This document shows positions 55,102 to 64,000 of a stretch of 64,000 bases of DNA, piece after piece. The DNA is from Gemmatimonadota bacterium. Its GTDB lineage: Bacteria; Gemmatimonadota; Gemmatimonadetes; Gemmatimonadales; Gemmatimonadaceae. The notes under the pieces are model-generated. The model worked only from the letters and a program-made list of their open reading frames with translations. It was not told the origin of the DNA and did not search any database. Each line of letters opens with the position of its first letter. Position 1 is the stretch's first letter. Made by a program: the position numbers and the translations under genes. Where the stretch lies: NCBI GenBank assembly GCA_040389905.1, contig JAZJZK010000008.1, positions 32,001-96,000 of the forward strand, in the 5' to 3' direction.

Positions 55102-56349
55102 TCAGGAGGGCGGGCGTGCGTGCTTTCTCAGGCCAAGCAAATTGGCTACGACGTTGCGCACATGCAGTGCGAGGCGCAACAGTACGAAAAACGCGGGCAG
55201 GGGATCGTTCCAGGCAAATAGGGCCGCGCCACGGATCCGCACGAGGGATCGCAACCACTCGGCGACGGTCAACTCACCGGCCTGATAGTATGATAGCGCC
55301 GCGATGAGGTCCCGGTACTCGTCGATCCAACGTACCCCGTACCGCACCTCTGCCGATGACGCTACGGGCTCGTCGCCCATGAGGTCATGGTACCATAACG
55401 CGGGAAGGTTGAGACCGGCGATCATTCCGAGGTAGTGCGGGTACCACGTGCGCCCGATGGTCGCTTCGAGCACCCGAAATGACCCATCGCGCGGGTCACG
55501 TTTGAACTCCACACTCGCATAACCCCGGTATCCGTGAGGAGCGAGGAGCCGATGCGTGTATTCGATCGTCTCCGGCGCGACCGCCGTTTCGGCGAGCGTC
55601 GATGTGCCGAAGTGAATCGGCGCCTGTCGGATCTTATGTCCGCTCCAGGCGCCGAGGACGGCGCCGGCGGCGCCATAGTACACATGGCTGAAGAACAGCT
55701 CCGAGTCCGGACCAGGGATGATCTCCTGCGCGACCAGCGCTGCCCCCGCTCGCTGTGCATCGGCATGCGTGCTGTCGAACTCCTCGAGATCTCGCGCGAC
55801 GAGCCCTTTCCTCGGGGCGAACAGGGTGTCCCAGCGATCGTCGCGCAGCTCCGGCTTCACGATACACGGGAAGCGCACCTCGCGGCGTGCGAGCGCGAGT
55901 TGCTCGGGTGTCTGCAGTGGAAACGTAGCTGGCACCGGCACACCAACACTCGCCGCAAAGTCGTGGAATCCCGTCTTCTCGATCATCAACCGGATGACAT
56001 CGTCGGCCGGCAGATGGAACCGGTACCACGTGCGAAGCAGCTGCTCATGTGTCGCCAGAAACAACACGTCTGCGTCGCCACTGGGCAGGATGGGAGCGGG
56101 GCCAGGCAGCGTTGGACCAAGCTCGACGAGGGCGGCGAGCAGCGCGTCATCGGTAGCGCCGGTTGGAAGGATGATCTTCCGGCAGAGACGTGTGCGGAGG
56201 CTCATCCAGGTGTGCGCCTCCTCGGGGCCACTCGGCTGCCTCTCGATGGCGATAACCGGGATCCCTGCAGCTGCCAGCGACCGCACCGTTCCGAGCGCGT
56301 TGGGATTCAAGCCGAGCACGATCGCCGGCACTGGCGATCGCATCGTCAC
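55102..56349 (-). CDS. ATP-grasp carboxylate-amine ligase (D-aspartate ligase-like)
   Basis: NALGTVRSL, FPCIVKP, AQEIIPGPD, KIRQAPIHFG, VEFKRDPRDG, WNDPLP. Confidence 0.85.
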   Translation of the reverse strand: MTMRSPVPAIVLGLNPNALGTVRSLAAAGIPVIAIERQPSGPEEAHTWMSLRTRLCRKIILPTGATDDALLAALVELGPTLPGPAPILPSGDADVLFLATHEQLLRTWYRFHLPADDVIRLMIEKTGFHDFAASVGVPVPATFPLQTPEQLALARREVRFPCIVKPELRDDRWDTLFAPRKGLVARDLEEFDSTHADAQRAGAALVAQEIIPGPDSELFFSHVYYGAAGAVLGAWSGHKIRQAPIHFGTSTLAETAVAPETIEYTHRLLAPHGYRGYASVEFKRDPRDGSFRVLEATIGRTWYPHYLGMIAGLNLPALWYHDLMGDEPVASSAEVRYGVRWIDEYRDLIAALSYYQAGELTVAEWLRSLVRIRGAALFAWNDPLPAFFVLLRLALHVRNVVANLLGLRKHARPPS

Positions 56350-57407
56350 CGCCAGTTCCAGTTGCGAACGTAGTCCTTGGCGCGTTCGATACCGGACGCA
56401 ATCTGCACGAGGTCCTCGTGCCGATCGGGGAACGGATACCGCCGAACGCGGTAGCGCGACACTGAATCAACGACGGAAAAATCGCGTGCCTCGGCGTACC
56501 CTGCGGTGGCCGTGAATGCTGCCGTGAATCCCTCGCGTTTCAGGATATCCATTTCGCGCGCGGTGAAGTCGACCTCACGGCCATTCGGATAGCAGAAAAT
56601 CGGCACGGCAGCCGTCGTCTCGTCCTTCAGCCGTCTCCACGATTCCCGAATCTCCATGGCGGACTGCGCATCGGACACGCGCGAAAGGATGGGATGCGTA
56701 ACCGTGTGCGGGCCGAATGTGATGCCCTTCTGCGCCAAGGACCGCACATTATCCCAACTCAGTGGAGCATAGGACGGTGGCGCACCGTGGGGCACTTCGA
56801 CCGAGGATTGCGAAGTGATCTGCTCCAGGGCCGCCAGGCGATCCTCTTCCAGCAAGAGCTTGAGGTGCTCGACGATGTTGCCGCGCACCCGCACGCGTGA
56901 TTCCTCGTCCGCCCAGGTGAGCGTCATGGAGAGCTGGGCGATCGTGAGATCGCAGCGGCGACGCGTGTTGTGCTTCAGCGCAAAGTCGATGCGATCCCAC
57001 CAGAACCACATCGTGCGATCGATGAATCCCGTGGTCAGGAAAACAGTCGCGGGAACGTCGAACTCCGCGAGAATCGGTTGACCGAACCGTGCAAAGCCGG
57101 CATAACCATCGTCGACCGTGATGGCCACCGCACGGCCGATTTCGTCGGGACTTTCGGTCAATTCGCGGACGAGATCGGCGAGCGAGAGAAACCGGAAGCC
57201 ATGCTCCCGAAGCCAACCGAGATGACGACGGACCAGCTCCTGGGAATGTCCCACGACGCCGAGCGCCCGATCCTCGAAGCGGTGCAGCATGAAGACCGGA
57301 ACCGCGCCCTTCATGAAATAGCGAAAGAGCCACGGCACCGGGCCGTTGGTCACAACCGCGCGTGCGCGGTGCTTGAGTCGGGACGCGATCGCTCGGCTGT
57401 TACGCAT
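56346..57407 (-). CDS. Polysaccharide deacetylase (NodB/CE4)
   Basis: MLHR, ITVDDGY, ATVFL, FGPHTVTHPIL, FCYPNG. Confidence 0.9.
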   Translation of the reverse strand: MRNSRAIASRLKHRARAVVTNGPVPWLFRYFMKGAVPVFMLHRFEDRALGVVGHSQELVRRHLGWLREHGFRFLSLADLVRELTESPDEIGRAVAITVDDGYAGFARFGQPILAEFDVPATVFLTTGFIDRTMWFWWDRIDFALKHNTRRRCDLTIAQLSMTLTWADEESRVRVRGNIVEHLKLLLEEDRLAALEQITSQSSVEVPHGAPPSYAPLSWDNVRSLAQKGITFGPHTVTHPILSRVSDAQSAMEIRESWRRLKDETTAAVPIFCYPNGREVDFTAREMDILKREGFTAAFTATAGYAEARDFSVVDSVSRYRVRRYPFPDRHEDLVQIASGIERAKDYVRNWNWR

Positions 57408-58935
57408 TCGCGGCGGCCCTCGCGCGAGTCCCGGGCATGCTGCCGCGAACTACCTGAACCATCGATCGCACCTCGGAACGATGGAGGAGGAAGAGCGCAG
57501 CGGCGTACGCGATCATGCCGGCGAGCACTTCCACGACGAGTCGAACAAAGCCACGCGTGGCCGGATCGAGCTCCATCTGCACGAGGAGCACCACCGGTAC
57601 CATTACCAGGGTGCTGCTCATTGCAGGCCAGAGCGCACTCGCATATTCCCCGACACGCATCTCGATGCGGCGGAAGACAGCAAAGAACAGGGGCAAGGTG
57701 AGCAGTGGATAGACAATGATCCATGCCGTCGCAACGCCCGGTGTACCCCAATGCGTTCCGATGAGAAATGCGACGGGCAACACAATGGCGCACATGATCT
57801 GATTCCGCATCACGGAGCGCACGAGTCCAACTGCTGTACCTGCTTGAACGATGGTCGGAACCAGGGCGCGAAACGCGGCAAAGAATGCGAGAATCTGGAG
57901 AGGCCGAGTGGCATTGAGCCACTTGTGCCCTAGCACCACGGGCACAAAGTCTCCCGCCACCAGAGCAAGCCCGACACCTGCTGGAAACGACAGAAGCGCC
58001 ACGCCGCCGGCGAGTCGCGAAAGATAGCGGCGCAGGGACGGAAAATCGTCTTGAACGGCGCTGAAGATCGGTGGGGCGACCTTCCCAACGAGCGACGTCA
58101 CCTTCTCTACAGGGACGCTGGCGAACGACCAGCCCCAACTGTAGCTCCCCACCGCGCCCTGGCCGAGGACGCGGCCGATGACGAAAAAATCGGCGTACGT
58201 GTACAGATACCAACCGATCCGCGATCCCATCTGGTGGCTGCCGAACACAACGGCCTCCCGGATGTCGGGCATCCTCGGCCACGCCATTCTGTGCGGCCGT
58301 TGCACGCAGGCCAGTGCTGAGGTTGTCAGGTTCGCGAGGAGAAAGCCAGCCACCAACGCCCAGTGCCGAAAGCCGAGATAGGCGAGCAGGACGAGTCCCA
58401 CAGTTTGAACGATCGCACCAAGGCCTTCGTTGATCGCGGATCGCCGGAACTCGAAATCCCTGGCGAGCAACGCCATCGGGACGGACCGAAAGCTCGTGAT
58501 GAAGAAGTTCACGCTGAGCGCCATCACGATCAGTTGAACGGCCGGTGTTCGGTTGAACAGTGCCAGTGGATACGCGAGCGCGGCGCTGAGCGCAAACGCC
58601 GCACACCCGAAGAGCATCGACAGGCCGTAGATCTGCGCGATCTGGTCTTCCGAAAGTGAGCGCTTGTTGACGATGGCAGTGCCGAGCCCGAATTCATTGA
58701 CGATCTGCACGAAGGCGACGTACACGGAGCCCATTGCCACGAGTCCATAGTCGTCGGGCGAGAGGATGCGTGCGACGATCACCGTGGCGGGCCAGGTCAT
58801 CAACTGGCTGAGCCATTTCACGCCAGCCGTCCACGCAACGCCGCGGACGAGGGAATCGTCGAGGCGCTTCGCTGCGACTTCCAGTTCCGGCTCTCCGCTC
58901 GCCGAATCCGGCAGGTTCGTGACTGGGCCGGTCAC
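57400..58935 (-). CDS. Wzx-type oligosaccharide flippase (WzxC-like)
   Basis: RGVAWT, ARILSPDDYGL, EFGLGTAIV, DFFVIGRVLG, and about 12-14 TM segments. Confidence 0.9.
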   Translation of the reverse strand: MTGPVTNLPDSASGEPELEVAAKRLDDSLVRGVAWTAGVKWLSQLMTWPATVIVARILSPDDYGLVAMGSVYVAFVQIVNEFGLGTAIVNKRSLSEDQIAQIYGLSMLFGCAAFALSAALAYPLALFNRTPAVQLIVMALSVNFFITSFRSVPMALLARDFEFRRSAINEGLGAIVQTVGLVLLAYLGFRHWALVAGFLLANLTTSALACVQRPHRMAWPRMPDIREAVVFGSHQMGSRIGWYLYTYADFFVIGRVLGQGAVGSYSWGWSFASVPVEKVTSLVGKVAPPIFSAVQDDFPSLRRYLSRLAGGVALLSFPAGVGLALVAGDFVPVVLGHKWLNATRPLQILAFFAAFRALVPTIVQAGTAVGLVRSVMRNQIMCAIVLPVAFLIGTHWGTPGVATAWIIVYPLLTLPLFFAVFRRIEMRVGEYASALWPAMSSTLVMVPVVLLVQMELDPATRGFVRLVVEVLAGMIAYAAALFLLHRSEVRSMVQVVRGSMPGTRARAAANA

Positions 58936-59091
58936 GTCCGATTCGCCACGCGAATGTGCTCCGCGCCAGAACCACCGCCGTGGCCGGATTTGCCCGAGCC
59001 TGAGCGGACCTCTATTCTTGCCGCCGAGGACCGGGCAGTCGCGGCCTCGATCACCTGCAGCGACTGCGAACTGTGCTCCTCGTTTCGCATC

Positions 59092-60396
59092 ATGATCAAG
59101 AGTTCGTCCGCATCCGGTTCATCGTTCGGGCATGTGGGTCGCCCCGTATTGATTGTTGGAGCTCTCGCGATCGCGCTCGCCACGCTGGCACCATCGGACC
59201 AGCCCGATACGGCAGAATCCATGTGCATCGTGTGCGGCCAGTTCGGCGGCGTCGATGCGTTTGTCAATGTACTGCTCTATATGCCACTCGGGGCAGGGTT
59301 GGCGTTGCTTGGACGGAAACGCGTGCCGTCGATGCTCGGCATGGTCGCACTGACCGTCGTCATCGAGTTGCTTCAGCGGTATCTCATCCCGGGACGCAAC
59401 GGAGCGATTGGTGATGTAATTACGAACAGCGTGGGCGGTGCGCTGGGGTATTTCGTCGGCTCCCACCTGGGTCAGTTGCTGCTGCCGGCGCGGAGAACGG
59501 CGACTTGGCTTTCAGGTGGAGGTCTATCGGTGTGGGCGCTGGCGCACCTGATCGGCGGGTACGCGCTCGTGCCGAGTCCGACCGAGAAGCGCTACTTCGG
59601 GCAGCTCGCGCACCAACTCGGACAGGACTCCGCGTACGACGGAAGGATCCTCTCCGCATCCCTGGGCGGTCGCCCGTTTCCAGACGGCGAGTTTCCCAAT
59701 GCGAACTGGGTTGCGAATTCGCTGCGCGCGCCGAGGGGAGCTGCCGTCGACGTGATCGCCGAAATTCGAGCGTTGCCCCGTCGTCAGGCGGCAATCGCTC
59801 GTTTGGTCGATATCGACGAGGAGGAAATCGTCCTGCTCGCCGCGGAAGGTGAAGACATCCTGTTTGGTATTCGGACGCATGCCGCCGACCTGGGTTTACG
59901 GAGCCCGAGTTACCGATTGAAAGGAGGGCATCCCGGACCAAGCGTCGCAGGCCGCCAGTCCACGCTCCTGCGGGCTCGCTATGCGCTTCCGTCGGTTGAA
60001 CTGAGCACCGTGAGCGAACGAGCGCGAAGGGAAACGAGCATGCGCCTCAGCACCTCCAACGCATGGAGATTCATGGCGCTTGCCCCCATTCGTGTGGACG
60101 GTGGCCGCACGGACATGGTGCTCGACGCACTCTGGCTCTGCGTGCTACTCGTACCAGCAGGCTACTGGGGGCAGTTCATGGTTCTCCATCGTCGCACCCG
60201 TGGCGCGCGCGTTTCGCTAGGGCTCGCCCTGCTGATACCGGTGGGCGTCGGCTTTGCGGTCGGCCCGGCCATTTTCGGCCTTGCCCCACCGCAGCTGTCG
60301 GATATCGGGGGCGCCTCGGTGGGGCTGATCCTCGGCGCTCTCGTCGCCCTTTGGATGTCTCGCGCCTACGGCGTTCCGGGCATCGCTGAGCGATAA
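59092..60396 (+). CDS. VanZ family membrane protein with extended periplasmic domain
   Basis: DAFVNVLLYMPLG, IELLQRYLIPGR, DVITNSVG. Confidence 0.8.
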   Translation: MIKSSSASGSSFGHVGRPVLIVGALAIALATLAPSDQPDTAESMCIVCGQFGGVDAFVNVLLYMPLGAGLALLGRKRVPSMLGMVALTVVIELLQRYLIPGRNGAIGDVITNSVGGALGYFVGSHLGQLLLPARRTATWLSGGGLSVWALAHLIGGYALVPSPTEKRYFGQLAHQLGQDSAYDGRILSASLGGRPFPDGEFPNANWVANSLRAPRGAAVDVIAEIRALPRRQAAIARLVDIDEEEIVLLAAEGEDILFGIRTHAADLGLRSPSYRLKGGHPGPSVAGRQSTLLRARYALPSVELSTVSERARRETSMRLSTSNAWRFMALAPIRVDGGRTDMVLDALWLCVLLVPAGYWGQFMVLHRRTRGARVSLGLALLIPVGVGFAVGPAIFGLAPPQLSDIGGASVGLILGALVALWMSRAYGVPGIAER

Positions 60397-61523
60397 AGGC
60401 TCTCATGCGCCGCGATCATGGCGGCAAGGCTGAACTTCTCGACGACGCGTTGTCGCGCTGCGTTCCCGTCCTCGAGGAGTCGCGTTGGGTCGCGTAGCGC
60501 GTCCATCCACCCGTGTGCAATTTGCGCCGCATCAACCGGCCGGAGCCGGTGGCGAAGTGCTGCTCCGAGAACATCCGCGTTGCCGCCGACGTCGGTGACC
60601 ACGGGGCACCGCCCGCTGCTCATGGCCTCGAGGAGGCCAATGGACGTGCCTTCGCTGTGTGAGCTCATTGTGAACAGCGAAAAGGCGCGGAGCATCGAAC
60701 CCACGTCACTGCGCCACCCCAGGAGATGCGTCTGCCCGTCGAGGCCCAGGCGTTGGACCTGATTACGGAGCGCGTCGCGTTCGGGACCGTCGCCGCCAAT
60801 GACCAGCACCGGCGCATCGGTCCCCGGCCATTGGGCGCGAAGCACGGCGAAGGCGTCGATCATGACGTCGAAGCCCTTGATGCGGTCCAACCGGCCGATA
60901 CTGCCGATGATGGGGACGGAAGGCCCTATGCCAAGTTCCGCTCGCAGGACGCCGTCGTCGGGTCGCTGGCAGAACGTATCAGTGTCGACGCCATTGTGGA
61001 TGACGCGGACACGCTCAGGATGTGCAACGACGGTCGTCGCCAATTGCCGACCAAGTGGCTCGGACACGGCGATGACCACATCCGTCCGTCGAGAGGCAAG
61101 CCCATCGACGAAACGGTCGGCCCACGGATCTGGAGACTGCCGGCCGTGGTCGGAATGCACGAGAAAGGGTACCCCCGCCATTCGCGCGGCGAGCGACGCC
61201 TTGAACCAGACGCCACTATGCGTATGGACGATGTCCGGCGCGATCTCGGCGATCTCGTCGCGAATCCCCGAAGGATGCAGCATCGACCATCGCGAGTATT
61301 GCTTCGCAACGTGCAGGGTGGCGTAATCGTCCAATCCATGGGAGAGCTGGCCGAGGAAGCGCAGCGCCAGGACGTGGAGCTCGAACGCATCGGGGTCGAG
61401 CCCCCTGAGGAGGTCGCCGATCACGCGTTCGAGCCCTCCTTGGTGCAGGTTGAGGACGATATGAAGCACCCGAAGGCGTCGGCGAGCCGACGCGTTGCGC
61501 TCGCGGCGCGGGTAGATTGTCAT
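60366..61523 (-). CDS. Glycosyltransferase family 4
   Basis: GGLERV, IVHTH, IHNGVD, IGRLDRIKG, SEGTSIGLLEAM. Confidence 0.9.
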   Translation of the reverse strand: MTIYPRRERNASARRRLRVLHIVLNLHQGGLERVIGDLLRGLDPDAFELHVLALRFLGQLSHGLDDYATLHVAKQYSRWSMLHPSGIRDEIAEIAPDIVHTHSGVWFKASLAARMAGVPFLVHSDHGRQSPDPWADRFVDGLASRRTDVVIAVSEPLGRQLATTVVAHPERVRVIHNGVDTDTFCQRPDDGVLRAELGIGPSVPIIGSIGRLDRIKGFDVMIDAFAVLRAQWPGTDAPVLVIGGDGPERDALRNQVQRLGLDGQTHLLGWRSDVGSMLRAFSLFTMSSHSEGTSIGLLEAMSSGRCPVVTDVGGNADVLGAALRHRLRPVDAAQIAHGWMDALRDPTRLLEDGNAARQRVVEKFSLAAMIAAHESLYRSAMPGTP

Positions 61524-61585
61524 CGGGTATGGAGTTGCGGCATGCGCATGTATAGCGGGGAGAGCGTGGAACCACACGGATTGCG

Positions 61586-62968
61586 TTGATGACAGCCCCA
61601 GCGTTTGGTGCCTTCAACTCGACGGTGCAGCCGCTGCGCGGTCGGCGGGGACCGGCGGCCGGAGGCGCGCCCGCGCCCAAGGCCCGGCGTTTCGACTACC
61701 TCGTCGCGATGCTCATTCCCATTTACGTGTGGCGTATCCAGGACGCGGTCCCGCTTCTGGGCAAGCTGCAACTCCCGATCATTGTGTCGCTCGCGAGCAT
61801 TGCAATGTTCCTGTATGAGGGGCATGCGACGCGCGAAAAGTGGCGCTTCAAGCTGCCCAGCATCAAGGGTGCGCTTTTCGTCCTCGGATGGATGATCGTG
61901 TCGATCCCGACCAGCGTCTATCCGGGAAACAGCTTCCGCTTCGTATTCAACGACTTCATCAAGACGTTCCTGGTGATGCTCATGATCACGGCGAGCATTC
62001 GGCACATCAGCGACGTCGAGCGCATTGCGATGGTCAACCTCGCGTCGGCGGCCATTTATTGCCTGAAGATCGTCACGACCTTTCAGGTGAATGCTGATGG
62101 CCGCCTGGGTGCGGTGCTCTACTACGATGCGAATGATCTGGCCATGATGGTCGTGCTGACGATCCCGATCGCGGTCTATTTCCTTCGCAGCGGCGTCAAG
62201 CCGATGCAGCGGGTGGCTTCGTTAGGGTGCTTCGCGATCTTCGCCCTCGTCGTCGCTCGTACGGGCTCGCGCGGCGGCTTTCTCGGGCTCATCGCCGTCG
62301 TCGGGGTCCTGCTGGTCGGATTTCGTGCCATTCCGGTGCGAGTGCGCTTTGGTTCGGTGGCGGCCATCGGCTCGCTGCTGGTGATCTTCGCCGGCCCGAC
62401 CTACTGGGAAATGATGGGGACGATCCTGAACCCGAAGGAAGACTACAATGCCAACGTCGAGTCAGGGCGTGTCATGGTGTGGCAGCGTGGTATGGGGTAT
62501 CTCGCCGGCCATCCCATGACGGGTGTCGGTGTCGACGGATTTCCGATCGCCGAGGGAACGATTTCCGAGATGGCAGAACGCCAGTCGCGAGGGCAGGGCG
62601 TCAAGTGGTCGGCCGCACACAACTCCTTCGTGCAGGTCGCCGCTGAACTCGGCATTCCCGGCATCATCGGCTTCCTGATCTTTCTCTACCACCTCTTCAA
62701 GACATGCTGGGTCGTTGCGCGCTCCAAGCGACCGGACGACGCGGTCACTCTGCGGGAGCGAGCATTCGCCGAGGCCATGTTTGCCACGATGGTCGGTTAC
62801 GTCGTGGCTGGGTTCTTCCTGTCGCAAGCGTACGCCGCGTACCTCTATGCCAACTGCGGCATCATTTCCGGATTGGCGGCAATCGCGTTCAAGTCGGCCC
62901 AACCGGCGCTTCGCGCCGCGGCAGCGCAGCGCGGGCGGGCACCGTTGTCGTACCGGCGCGCCCAATGA
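61586..62968 (+). CDS. O-antigen ligase / Wzy polymerase family protein
   Basis: Multi-TM protein with DANDLA, TGSRGG, GRVMVW, HPMTGVG, AHNSFVQVAAELG. Confidence 0.88.
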   Translation: MMTAPAFGAFNSTVQPLRGRRGPAAGGAPAPKARRFDYLVAMLIPIYVWRIQDAVPLLGKLQLPIIVSLASIAMFLYEGHATREKWRFKLPSIKGALFVLGWMIVSIPTSVYPGNSFRFVFNDFIKTFLVMLMITASIRHISDVERIAMVNLASAAIYCLKIVTTFQVNADGRLGAVLYYDANDLAMMVVLTIPIAVYFLRSGVKPMQRVASLGCFAIFALVVARTGSRGGFLGLIAVVGVLLVGFRAIPVRVRFGSVAAIGSLLVIFAGPTYWEMMGTILNPKEDYNANVESGRVMVWQRGMGYLAGHPMTGVGVDGFPIAEGTISEMAERQSRGQGVKWSAAHNSFVQVAAELGIPGIIGFLIFLYHLFKTCWVVARSKRPDDAVTLRERAFAEAMFATMVGYVVAGFFLSQAYAAYLYANCGIISGLAAIAFKSAQPALRAAAAQRGRAPLSYRRAQ

Positions 62969-63017
62969 TCGCTCGCTCGATTGGCGTTCCCGCACGGCGA
63001 ATTGCCGGTAGCAAGCC

Positions 63018-64000
63018 ATGAGTATGATGGCATGGCTGCTCGTGTCACTGCCCATATTGGTGGGCGGCTACGCGTACCTGCTGTACCCAGCGATACTCTG
63101 GCTGATTTCGCGGGGAAGTTCCGCTCCCCAGGTGTTCCCGGTGCGCGAATGGCCACTCGTCACCGTCGCAATTCCCGCGTACAACGAGGAAGCCCAGATC
63201 GCCGGTTGCCTCGAGGCTGTCCTCGCGCAGGACTATCCGATCGACCGCCTGCAAATTCTCGTTCTCTCCGACGCGTCGTCCGACCGCACGGACGACATCG
63301 TGCGCGGGTTCCAGCACCAGGGCGTCGAACTGCTGCGCATGACGACACGGGCGGGGAAGACGGCTGCGGAAAACGCGTCGTGCTCGCTGATCCGCGGCAA
63401 CATTGTCGTGAATACCGACGCGTCGATCCGATTTCATCCGTCCACCGTGCGGAAGCTCGTCGAACAGATGCAGGACCCGAGCGTGGGCGTCGCGTCAACG
63501 CGCGACGTCAGCATCTCCGAGCGTGATGCGAGCGCCAACCAGGCGGAAGCCGGCTACGTCGGTTACGAGATGCTGGTACGCTCGCTCGAGACTCGTGTGG
63601 GCGGGATCATCGGTGCATCGGGCTCGGGCTATGCCATTCGAACCGACCTGCACAAGCTGCCGGTTCGCGATGACCTGAGCCGAGACTTCTCAGCGGCGCT
63701 GACGGCGCGGATGCATGGGTACCGCGCCGTATCGGTCGACGATGCGATCTGCTACGTCCCTCGAACGCACGGACTCGATCGCGAGTATCGCCGCAAGGTA
63801 CGAACGATCAGCCGCGGGATGGAAACGCTATACCACAACAGGCAGTTGCTCGATCCGACGCGCTACGGCGCGTTCGCATGGAAGCTGTTCAGCCACAAGA
63901 TCCTTCGGTGGTTCGTGCCCCATGCCGCGTTAGCGGGCGTCGTCGGTGTCGCGATGTTCGCGCCGACGCATTGGATCACCGGCGCGGTCCTGTTGACGGC
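63018..64000 (+). CDS. Glycosyltransferase family 2 (3' truncated by window edge; absent from the ORF track)
   Basis: Hand translation MSMMAWLLVSLPILVGGYAYLLYP...VTVAIPAYNEE...SDASSDRT...GKTAAEN...NTDAS; no stop seen before the window end. Confidence 0.88.
   Translation, partial: MSMMAWLLVSLPILVGGYAYLLYPAILWLISRGSSAPQVFPVREWPLVTVAIPAYNEEAQIAGCLEAVLAQDYPIDRLQILVLSDASSDRTDDIVRGFQHQGVELLRMTTRAGKTAAENASCSLIRGNIVVNTDASIRFHPSTVRKLVEQMQDPSVGVASTRDVSISERDASANQAEAGYVGYEMLVRSLETRVGGIIGASGSGYAIRTDLHKLPVRDDLSRDFSAALTARMHGYRAVSVDDAICYVPRTHGLDREYRRKVRTISRGMETLYHNRQLLDPTRYGAFAWKLFSHKILRWFVPHAALAGVVGVAMFAPTHWITGAVLLT

Overview
High-GC bacterial chromosomal DNA. The gene content (SusC-like receptor, RCC1/Ig lipoproteins, PEP-CTERM/exosortase) suggests Gemmatimonadota, but that is inference only. 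I found no rRNA, tRNA, CRISPR array or transposase. The left third is mostly housekeeping and regulatory: an ATP-grasp + luciferase-like monooxygenase + ABC exporter unit, a diguanylate cyclase, a serA-FAD oxidoreductase-serB-aminotransferase operon, PhzF, P5C dehydrogenase, nfo, an SdpR/SdpI-like module, a histone H1-like/SWIB protein, lepB and signalling genes. From about 24.6 kb to the end lies a large PEP-CTERM/exosortase-linked exopolysaccharide locus with its own sigma-54 activator. Best candidates for novelty: (1) an unannotated, probably leaderless Cys/Met-rich 28-aa leader peptide (670-756) with mutually exclusive protector/antiterminator/terminator helices, i.e. a sulfur-amino-acid transcription attenuator in front of a putative organosulfur operon; (2) a sigma-54 promoter architecture repeated at several EPS/PEP-CTERM genes; (3) a PEP-CTERM protein with thioester-domain motifs; (4) a ~200-nt rod-like intergenic structure; (5) a deacetylase/ATP-grasp/AsnB-like/FemAB set that may put amino acids on the polysaccharide; (6) nested REP-like elements. 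All calls come from reading motifs by eye; no searches were run.
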